Positions 25,894 through 33,591 of a stretch of DNA of 46,915 nt are shown piece by piece. Origin of the DNA: Candidatus Aerophobota bacterium (GTDB lineage: Bacteria; Aerophobota; Aerophobia; Aerophobales; AE-B3A); NCBI GenBank assembly GCA_030616535.1, contig JAUWXE010000001.1, positions 1-46,915 on the forward strand. The letters are read 5' to 3'. Every line of letters starts with the position of its first letter. Position 1 is the stretch's first letter. The position numbers were made by a program, and so were the translations under genes. Under the pieces are notes generated by a model. It worked only from the letters and a program-made list of their open reading frames with translations, had not been told where the DNA came from and did no database searches.

Positions 25894-26982
25894 ATGAAAA
25901 AGGTGAAAATTGGTGTTGTTGGATGTGGTGATGTTGCTTTTCGTTCATATTTACCGGATATAGCTTCATTAACAAAAGAAAAGATAGACCTGGTAGCTGT
26001 TTGTGATGCTGCTGAAGAAAGAGCGAGGAAGGCAGCAAAAGAATTTAAAGCAAAGGAGTACTACCTTGACTATAGTGAGATGCTCGAGAAGGCAGACATC
26101 GAGGTCGTGATTAACTTAACAGATATGCTTCACCATGCACCTTTTTCTCTGCTTGCCATAAAGGCAGGAAAGCATGTCTATACTGAAAAACCTATGGCAA
26201 CTACCCTCGAGGAAGCAGATACCTTAATTAAAGAAGCAGCCAAGGCTGATGTCAAGATAGCATCTGCTCCACCGGTCATGCTAAGCTTAGCCGTTGAGCA
26301 GGCAAAAGAAATCATTAATAAGGGGACTATTGGTAAGGTATGTTTTGTGTGTGCACATAGTTCCAGTGCCGGGCCAGCCTTATGGGAAGAATACTCATCA
26401 GATCCTACCTGGTTTTACAAAAAGGGCGCAGGACCCCTTTTTGATCTGGCTGTCTACTCTCTCCATGCCATTACAGGAATCTTAGGACCGGTTAAGAAAG
26501 TCGCCGCCTTCTCAGGAATAGCTATTCCTGAACGTATCATTAGAGGAGGTACAGCTAGAGGCAAGACAATAAAAGTTGAGGTAGATGATAACACTTTGAT
26601 GCTTTTAGACTTTGGTGATGTAACTTTTGCCTATGTAGATGGAACTTTCTGTATGCAAGCAACCAAAAGTCCTGCCATAGAATTCTTTGGCAGTGAGGGA
26701 ACAGTTACCTTAAATCCTTATTACTATGGTGAAGGCCCACCTATGGGGCTCTATGCAAAAAAGAAAGAATTTGGTCTAAAAGGCTGGAGCACGCCAGTTG
26801 CAGTCCGAGCAGAGGAAACATATTCTCTCGGTGACGGAGTTGAGCATTTGGTTGATTGCATTAACCAGGGTAAAGAACCAATAATTAGCGCTGAACATGG
26901 CCGTCATGTTCTTGAGATTATAGCCAAGGCCTATGAGTCTGCTAAGAGCGGCCGAGCACAAAAACTGGCAACAACTTTTTAA
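25894..26982 (+). CDS. Gfo/Idh/MocA family oxidoreductase
   Basis: MKKVKIGVVGCGDVAFRSYLP Rossmann start, YTEKPMA (EKP motif), 362 aa. Confidence 0.9.
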   Translation: MKKVKIGVVGCGDVAFRSYLPDIASLTKEKIDLVAVCDAAEERARKAAKEFKAKEYYLDYSEMLEKADIEVVINLTDMLHHAPFSLLAIKAGKHVYTEKPMATTLEEADTLIKEAAKADVKIASAPPVMLSLAVEQAKEIINKGTIGKVCFVCAHSSSAGPALWEEYSSDPTWFYKKGAGPLFDLAVYSLHAITGILGPVKKVAAFSGIAIPERIIRGGTARGKTIKVEVDDNTLMLLDFGDVTFAYVDGTFCMQATKSPAIEFFGSEGTVTLNPYYYGEGPPMGLYAKKKEFGLKGWSTPVAVRAEETYSLGDGVEHLVDCINQGKEPIISAEHGRHVLEIIAKAYESAKSGRAQKLATTF

Positions 26983-27508
26983 CTAGCAAGGTAGGCATTA
27001 TTAGGTAAATACTCAGTAAATCCCGTTGGAGTTCCACCAGAAGGGTAATGATTAAGTGATTCTTCCGGCAAAGACAAAACTGTTCCCTGCCTCTTCCCGC
27101 TTAGTCTCGCCGTATAGGAAACTCAGTAATCTCAAGAAATAGGCGTAGTAGATATGAAAAGATAGAGAGGTGGTTTAGGAACTCAGTTTTTCCACTGAAA
27201 AGCAGATAGAAAATTGGTAAATAAGAGGTAAGCTGGGCGAAGAGGGTAAAAACTTGGAGGAAAAAGGGCGAATATCTGAAGAATTCTATTTAGATAAAGA
27301 ACTCTTTGATAAAATAAAAAAATATCCCTTCGTAAAGAGGCTGAGTTTACCAATCGAAAGCAAGGACGTACGATTGTTAAGTTGCCTCTCAAGGCCCTAA
27401 ATCCTATCGATACAGTTATAGCTCTAGAGCTCGATTGATAGGCTTGACGCCCTATTTTAAATAACCTACACTTACTTAGATTCGCATTTAGTAGACAAAG
27501 ACGAAAAC

Positions 27509-27763
27509 TTATACCTCTTCCCTCCCGGCCGGAAGAAACTTTCTTTCTTTACAAAAAGACAGAACCGTCTCCTTAGAAGCAGTGAAAAGACAGTTAAGCA
27601 AAAACCTGTACTCTTTGAGAAGCTTTCTTAACTCTTTGGGAAGGGTAAAACAAAGATGATGAAAAGAAACATTGGGAAAGAGGGAATTAATCTTTTTTAC
27701 CCATTTATCGGTAAGAATCCTGCCACATCTATTACAGAAACGAGATTTACAGGAATGAGGCAC
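27509..27763 (-). mobile_element. Remnant of an IS91-family (Y2 / rolling-circle) transposase: N-terminal Zn-binding domain only
   Basis: SCKSRFCNRCGRILTDKWVKKINSLFPNVSFHHLCFTLPKELRKLL...LFTASKETVLSF matches the IS91 transposase zinc-binding domain as I recall it (sCk.R.CPsC...W.....lp.v.y.HvvFTlP..lr). The first CxxC, the whole catalytic Y2 domain and any plausible start are missing. An imperfect 11/12-nt tandem duplication (ATTGAGGTTGTG / ATTGAG-TTGTG) lies immediately 5' of the ORF. Confidence 0.6.
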
Positions 27764-27977
27764 AACTCAATACTTTCCACAACCTCAATGTGCTATTGAC
27801 GAAAGTCGGGATTTATAGGAAAATTAGGAAGCTAAATAAGGTCAGAAAGGGGGTGAGAGAGTAAATAGACCGATACAGATTAAGATTAAACTCATTTTAA
27901 AGTGGAGGAAAAAAAATGTTAAGATTACGTAGTGCTAATTTTTACACGAGCGTGTCCATGATTTTCATTTTATACTG

Positions 27978-28136
27978 GGATTAGCGGTATGGAACAGTAC
28001 TTCTGGGTTTGGGGGTGAATTACTTTACACAATTATTCTCACTGGAGCAGTCATCTCTGTTTTACCTATGATTGGTCTATTCTTGTATCTTCAGAAATAC
28101 TGGCAAAGTGGCCTAATGGCTGGAAGTGTGAAATGA
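27978..28136 (+). pseudogene. C-terminal stub of a MalG-type carbohydrate ABC transporter permease
   Basis: It reads GLAVWNSTSGFGGELLYTIILTGAVISVLPMIGLFLYLQKYWQSGLMAGSVK*. The last transmembrane helix plus the Q.Y...G...G.VK terminus compare with the intact permease at 39895 (AASVAATIPAFLLFFLAQKYIASGITAGSIKA*). A stop lies at 27936-38, with no upstream permease sequence. Confidence 0.6.
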
Positions 28137-28228
28137 GAATAAATATCTTTCTGTGCATCTCAAAATACAGTAATAAAGTTAATTTTTTGAATCTAAAGAA
28201 AAATACAACATAGATTAAGGAGCTTATT

Positions 28229-29581
28229 ATGGCAGAAAAAATCCTTAAATTCCCTGATAATTTTTTATGGGGTGCGGCAACCGCCTCTTATCAAATTGAG
28301 GGAGCCTGCACTGAGGATGGGAAGGGAGAGTCTATTTGGGATCAATTTTCCCATATCCCGGGAAGAATCCAAGGAGAAGATACTGGGGATGTAGCCTGTG
28401 ATCATTACCATCGCTACAGGGAAGATGTAGAAAATATGAAAACGATAGTCCTTAAAGCCTATCGTTTCTCAGTATCTTGGCCAAGAGTTATCCCGGAAGG
28501 GAAAGGAAAGATAAATGAAGCTGGTCTTGGTTTTTACGATTGTTTAGTAGATGAGCTTCTTAAGGCAAATATTGAGCCTTTTATCACTCTTTACCATTGG
28601 GATCTCCCCCAGGCTCTTCAGGAGAAAGGTGGGTGGAAAAATAATGATACTACAGGGCATTTTTCAGATTATGCAGCAATATTAGCTCACAAATTGGGAG
28701 ATCGTGTTCATCACTGGATTACCCATAATGAGCCCTGGGTAGTATCTTTTTTAGGACATGCCTTTGGCACTCATGCACCAGGGATAATGGATTTTCCCAC
28801 AGCCCTCCAGGTCTGCCATCATCTTCTTTTATCTCATGGTAAAGCTTTAGAGGTTTTAAAAGATATAGGAGATGAAAATACCAAAGTAGGAATTACTCTT
28901 AACCTTTCTCCAGCTTATCCTGCCTCAGAAAAAGAAGATGACATAAAGGCAGCAAAAATATTTGATAGTTTTCTTAACCGCTGGTTTTTAGACCCTATTT
29001 TTAAAGGTAGTTATCCTGCTGATATGTGGGATTATTACCAGGATAAGGTCCCTAAAATTCTGCCAGAAGATATGAGCATTATCTCAAGAAAAATAGATTT
29101 TCTTGGAATAAACTACTACACCCGCTCAGTAGTTAAGGCTAATCCTAAGGAGAAGATTTTAAAACTCACCCTCTTGAAACCCAAGGGAGCTGAATACACA
29201 GATATGGGATGGGAGATTTATCCTCAGGGGATTTATGAGATTTTAAAAAGAGTTCAGGATAACTACTGTCCTAATGCTATTTATATAACTGAAAACGGAG
29301 CTTCTTTTCAGGATAAATTAGACAAAGAGGGTAAGACACAGGATGACCGAAGAATAAGTTACTTAAAAGAACATTTTTCTTTTGCTCATAAGGCCATAGA
29401 GGAAGATGTAAGGTTAAAAGGGTATTTTGTTTGGTCACTAATGGATAATTTCGAGTGGATTTATGGTTATTCCAAGCGTTTTGGACTGATCTATGTGGAT
29501 TATACTACTCAAAAAAGATTTTTTAAGGAAAGTGCCTATTGGTACAAAAAAGTAATTGAGAACAATGGTAAGAGAAGCTAA
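28229..29581 (+). CDS. GH1 beta-glucosidase
   Basis: RBS aaggag. FLWGAATASYQIEGA, acid/base motif THNEPW, nucleophile motif YITENGA and WSLMDNFEW. 450 aa. Confidence 0.95.
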   Translation: MAEKILKFPDNFLWGAATASYQIEGACTEDGKGESIWDQFSHIPGRIQGEDTGDVACDHYHRYREDVENMKTIVLKAYRFSVSWPRVIPEGKGKINEAGLGFYDCLVDELLKANIEPFITLYHWDLPQALQEKGGWKNNDTTGHFSDYAAILAHKLGDRVHHWITHNEPWVVSFLGHAFGTHAPGIMDFPTALQVCHHLLLSHGKALEVLKDIGDENTKVGITLNLSPAYPASEKEDDIKAAKIFDSFLNRWFLDPIFKGSYPADMWDYYQDKVPKILPEDMSIISRKIDFLGINYYTRSVVKANPKEKILKLTLLKPKGAEYTDMGWEIYPQGIYEILKRVQDNYCPNAIYITENGASFQDKLDKEGKTQDDRRISYLKEHFSFAHKAIEEDVRLKGYFVWSLMDNFEWIYGYSKRFGLIYVDYTTQKRFFKESAYWYKKVIENNGKRS

Positions 29582-29704
29582 AGAAAAAATTATTTCCTCG
29601 TTAAGGAGAATGTAAGGGTGGAAAGAGTGTCCAACTCTCTCTGTCGGAGGATATTTTTAGCTCTTTCTTGTAAGAAAGACAGCTTAGATAAGCTAAATTC
29701 TAAA

Positions 29705-29744
29705 GGGATAGGTAATGCTTTTCTGCATTGCCTATCCTTTTTTT
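29705..29744 (+). terminator. Rho-independent terminator candidate downstream of the GH1 gene
   Basis: GGGATAGGtAATGC-ttttct-GCATTgCCTATCC (one mismatch in the stem), followed by TTTTTTT (29738-29744). Confidence 0.55.
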
Positions 29745-29778
29745 ATTATTTTGCAAAGGAGCTTATGGGAATATCAGA

Positions 29779-29883
29779 GACATAGCAGCGAGTGTCCTCA
29801 GCGTAATGCCCATTATTATTGTATTCCTCTCTGCGCAAGAATTCTTCGTCAAGGGCATCACTTTATCTGGCCTCAAAGGTTAG
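29779..29883 (+). pseudogene. Second C-terminal stub of a MalG-type carbohydrate ABC transporter permease
   Basis: It reads DIAASVLSVMPIIIVFLSAQEFFVKGITLSGLKG* (stop 29881-83). This is the canonical last helix and terminus of carbohydrate permeases, with no remainder of the gene upstream. Confidence 0.6.
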
Positions 29884-30024
29884 GTGGCAGGTAAGCATCT
29901 TGATATGATGAAAGCTCTTTAACAAAACTTTTTATTCTTCTCAAACAATAATATTTGCAAAAAGTTGTGAAAAATCCGAAGTATAAAAAAGACTAAAAAA
30001 CTGATTAAGCAAGGAGAGTAAGAT

Positions 30025-31866
30025 ATGTCCATGCCCATAAATTATTTAAAAGCTGTTTCCTGGAAGGATGTGAAGATAAAGAGTGGCTTTTGGGGAGATC
30101 GAGTCAGGATCAACAGAAATGTTGTTTTAGATTATCAATACGAGCAGATAGAGAAGGCCGGATGCGTAGATAATTTTCGCCGGACATCTGGGAAAAAAGG
30201 TGGCAAGTTTGAAGGCTTCTTCTTCAACGACTCGGATGTTTACAAGTGGGTTGAGGCAGCCTCCTACTCTCTTGGAACTCATTCTGATAAAAAACTGGAG
30301 GAGAAAGTAAACAGGCTCATAGAAGATATCGCTGATGCTCAGGAAGAGGATGGATACCTTAATACATACTTTACCTTAGAGAAGAAGGAACATTTCTCTG
30401 ATCTTCCGGTAAAACATGAGCTTTACTGTGCAGGTCATCTTATTGAGGCAGCAGTTGCCCATTATCTTGCAACAGGAAAAACGAATCTCTTAGATGTTGC
30501 TACTCGTTTTGTAGATCTTATCTGCTACACATTTGGTCCTGGCAAAAAACAAAGTGCTCCAGGACATGAGGAAATTGAGCTTGCCCTAGTAAAGCTCTAC
30601 CACCTCAGGAGAGAAAAACGCTACCTTGATACAGCAAGGTTTTTTATAGAGAAGCGGGGGAAAGGATATGCCGGGGGAGACGAGTACCGTCAGGATCATC
30701 TCCCGTTTACAGAGCAAAAAGAGATTATCGGCCATGCTGTTCGCGCTGTTTATCTTATGAGCGGGGCTGCTGATGTTTGCAGGGAAACTAAAGATAAGGC
30801 CCTGATGGTTACCTTAAACAGGCTTTGGGAGAACATGGTTCAGAAAAAAATGTACGCAACAGGAGGAATTGGGAGCCGCTATGAAGGGGAAGCCTTTGGC
30901 AAAAACTATGAGCTTCCCAATGACAGGGCTTATGCAGAAACCTGTGCTGCCATCGGGAATATTTTCTGGAACCACCGGATGCTTCATTTAACAGGTGATG
31001 CAAAGTATGCTGATATAATGGAGAAAGTTCTTTACAATGGATTCTTATCTGGAATTTCCCTTGATGGGAGGAAATACTTCTACCAGAATCCCCTGCAAGC
31101 AGATAAGGATCACAGGCGAGCAAGTTGGTTTCCCTGTGCCTGCTGTCCCCCAAATGTGGCCAGGCTACTGTCTTCCCTCGGAGGTTATTTTTACAGTGTG
31201 TCCGGGGAAGGCGTATGGATTCATCTTTACGGAGAAAGTGAGACAGCTATCACTTTAGATAAAGATAGGAAGGTAACCTTAAACCAGCACACAAATTATC
31301 CTTGGAGTGGAGAGATTAGCATAAAAGTATCTTCTGAGAAAGAGACTTCTTTCACACTTTTTCTGAGGATACCTGGTTGGTGCCAGGAGGCAGAAGTTCT
31401 GGTGAATGGCAAATCTATGGCAGGAGATATTACGCCATCCTCTTATCTTCCCATAAGTCGCACGTGGGAGGGCGAGGACGAGGTGCAGCTGAATATACCT
31501 ATACCGGTGGAGTTTTTACAGACCCGTCCTCACTCCAGCAATAATGCTCGTCTGGCAATCTCCCGCGGACCTATGATCTACTGCATTGAAGCAGAGGATC
31601 ATCCTGGTATTGATGTTTTTGATATTCTGCTTTCCCCGGATACAGAGCTCACTCCTCATTTTGAATCTGGCCTTTTAGGAGAGGTGGTAGTGCTCAAAGG
31701 TGAGGCATCAGTCCAGGATCTATCTAGCTGGCAAGGAAAGCTGTATCGGCCCTATCGAAAAGAAGAGAAGGTGAAAAAAGAGCCTCTAGAAATTACTGCT
31801 ATCCCTTACTTTGCTTGGGCAAATCGGAGTCCAGGGAAGATGCTGGTGTGGGTTTTAGAAAGATAA
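30025..31866 (+). CDS. GH127 family glycoside hydrolase (beta-L-arabinofuranosidase-like, DUF1680)
   Basis: RBS aaggagag. The Zn/catalytic Cys-Glu contexts known from HypBA1 are present: AYAETCAAIGN and FPCACCPPNVARLL. 613 aa. Confidence 0.85.
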   Translation: MSMPINYLKAVSWKDVKIKSGFWGDRVRINRNVVLDYQYEQIEKAGCVDNFRRTSGKKGGKFEGFFFNDSDVYKWVEAASYSLGTHSDKKLEEKVNRLIEDIADAQEEDGYLNTYFTLEKKEHFSDLPVKHELYCAGHLIEAAVAHYLATGKTNLLDVATRFVDLICYTFGPGKKQSAPGHEEIELALVKLYHLRREKRYLDTARFFIEKRGKGYAGGDEYRQDHLPFTEQKEIIGHAVRAVYLMSGAADVCRETKDKALMVTLNRLWENMVQKKMYATGGIGSRYEGEAFGKNYELPNDRAYAETCAAIGNIFWNHRMLHLTGDAKYADIMEKVLYNGFLSGISLDGRKYFYQNPLQADKDHRRASWFPCACCPPNVARLLSSLGGYFYSVSGEGVWIHLYGESETAITLDKDRKVTLNQHTNYPWSGEISIKVSSEKETSFTLFLRIPGWCQEAEVLVNGKSMAGDITPSSYLPISRTWEGEDEVQLNIPIPVEFLQTRPHSSNNARLAISRGPMIYCIEAEDHPGIDVFDILLSPDTELTPHFESGLLGEVVVLKGEASVQDLSSWQGKLYRPYRKEEKVKKEPLEITAIPYFAWANRSPGKMLVWVLER

Positions 31867-31886
31867 GGAACGTCTAATCTGTAGCT

Positions 31887-31904
31887 TAGAGGAATATTCC
31901 TCTA
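31887..31904. promoter_or_regulatory. 18-bp perfect palindrome between the GH127 gene and uxaC (operator or hairpin candidate)
   Basis: TAGAGGAAT|ATTCCTCTA is perfectly self-complementary. It lies 21 nt after the GH127 stop and has no T-run after it. Confidence 0.3.
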
Positions 31905-32029
31905 GAGAATATAAAAGCTATGTTGGAGATATGGAGTGAACCCCTAAAGTTGGACAAAATAGGTTAGAGTTGTTAGTATTCCTGACAGGGTCAAATCAAT
32001 CCCCAAAGGGGATGAAAAGGAGCCTGTCG

Positions 32030-33535
32030 ATGAGAAAGCCAAGGATTGGAATGGAGTCTATCTTGCAATCACTAAGGATAGCAGAGAAGGAAAAATTTCT
32101 AGGTTCTAATTGGCTGCTGGATACACCTGAGGGGGTAAGACTATACCATGATGTGGCAGTTCCATTTAGAGGAAAAGTTGGAATTGTTGATGTGCATACC
32201 CACCTCAATTTAAGGCAGATCGTAGAAAATAAGCCTTTTCCCAATATCTGGAGGGCTGAGGTTCTCGAGACAAGAGGAGAATACGCCAATTGTGATCATT
32301 ACATCATTCAATTGGCGGCAAAATCTCCAGGTTTTTCTCAAGCTCTTACAAGAGATCCTAATATTTCAGATTATGACAAGTGGATGGCCCTAAGTAGGGT
32401 TTTCCCTGACCTTGAGGGAAGTCAGGTTCACCAGTGGCTGCATTTAGACTTAAGGAGATTGTTCGGGATTGAAGATCTATTAAGTGCCAAGACAGGAGAT
32501 AAGATATGGAAACTAACAAAGGAGTGTTTAAAGCAGAAAGATATGCTGCCGCAGACGATACTTAAAACAGCGGAAGCAAGAATTATTTGCACGACTGATG
32601 ATCCTGCAGATGATTTAACTTATCATAAAATGGCCAAAAAGATAGATGGCATTACTTTTCTGCCTACTTTTAGGCCAGATGCTTGCTGCAATATCTTTGA
32701 TGGAAGTTGGAGGTCAAAGGTTGAGGAAATCTGCCAGTTAACTGGAGAAGATACAACTCTTAAAGGCTTCCTTCAGGCTTTAAGGAAAAGGCACACCTAT
32801 TTTGCTAAAATGGGAGCAAGGGCAACCGATCATGCCTTTCCGGAGCCCTATGGACTGGAAGTTAGCCAGAGAAGGGCAGAGCAGATTTTTAGAAAAGCAT
32901 ATGAGGAAGGAGAAAAATTTGACATAAAATCTCCTGAAACGAAAAAATTCATCTCATACATGATGCACAAGTTTTGTGAGATGAATCAAGAAAAGGGTAT
33001 GGTTACTCAAATACATTATGGAGCTGTTAGGAATGCAAATGAGTATTTGTTTAAAAACTGGGGAGCCGATGTTGGAGGTGATGTTGCAGCGGAAAATGTC
33101 AATATTGTTGAAAGCTTAAAACCTTTGCTGTCAAGGTTTTTTAGTGGGGAAAGTGACAAACAAGAACATCTTGTACTTTATTCAATGAACCAGATATTTT
33201 CCCATACTAACTTAGCATTAGAGAGAGCATTTCCCAATGTCCATTCCGGATTTCCCTGGTGGCATAATGATGCTCCTTATGTGATGGAGCACTATCTACT
33301 TCATACTGCCGGCTCCTCTCTACTTACCTCCAGTGCAGGTCCTGTCGGTGATGGAAGAAAGATTCTCTCGGAAGGAAGCAGGTTTGAGGTTTTTGATAGA
33401 GTAATCTGTAGAGCGGTGGGAAAGCTCATTTCAACCGGACAGATCTCGCATGATGGTGGGGTAAGAGCAGTAAAGAATTTGATGTATGAGAATCAGGTAA
33501 GATTTTTTAATTTAAAGGAAGGACTTGATAGATAA
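32030..33535 (+). CDS. uxaC: Glucuronate isomerase (divergent)
   Basis: FLGSNWLLDTPEGVRLYHDVA...GIVDVHTHLNLRQIVENKPFPNIW aligns with the UxaC N-terminus (FL.EDFLL.N..A..LY......PIIDYHCHL....I.....F.N....W). The start is set at ATG 32030 (RBS aaggag, 7-nt spacing) rather than the tracked TTG 31970. Confidence 0.75.
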   Translation: MRKPRIGMESILQSLRIAEKEKFLGSNWLLDTPEGVRLYHDVAVPFRGKVGIVDVHTHLNLRQIVENKPFPNIWRAEVLETRGEYANCDHYIIQLAAKSPGFSQALTRDPNISDYDKWMALSRVFPDLEGSQVHQWLHLDLRRLFGIEDLLSAKTGDKIWKLTKECLKQKDMLPQTILKTAEARIICTTDDPADDLTYHKMAKKIDGITFLPTFRPDACCNIFDGSWRSKVEEICQLTGEDTTLKGFLQALRKRHTYFAKMGARATDHAFPEPYGLEVSQRRAEQIFRKAYEEGEKFDIKSPETKKFISYMMHKFCEMNQEKGMVTQIHYGAVRNANEYLFKNWGADVGGDVAAENVNIVESLKPLLSRFFSGESDKQEHLVLYSMNQIFSHTNLALERAFPNVHSGFPWWHNDAPYVMEHYLLHTAGSSLLTSSAGPVGDGRKILSEGSRFEVFDRVICRAVGKLISTGQISHDGGVRAVKNLMYENQVRFFNLKEGLDR

Positions 33536-33591
33536 AAAGGAGTTTGGTTGTAATCCCTTTCTAAAGAATAAATAAACAAGGGGGAGATCAT

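Noticed and set aside
27011-27187. The short motif (T)AGGAA(A)CTCAGT recurs (27011, 27121, 27181), with the last two copies exactly 60 nt apart.
   Set aside because: The copies are only 7-12 nt long, and there is no surrounding repeat unit or spacer architecture. This is not a CRISPR or tandem-repeat structure and is likely chance, or debris of the degraded region.
27183-27392. A 69-aa minus-strand ORF downstream of the IS91 remnant, examined as a possible continuation of the transposase.
   Set aside because: It shows none of the Y2-transposase motifs (no HxH region, no paired Tyr region). It is Leu/Phe-rich low-complexity sequence.
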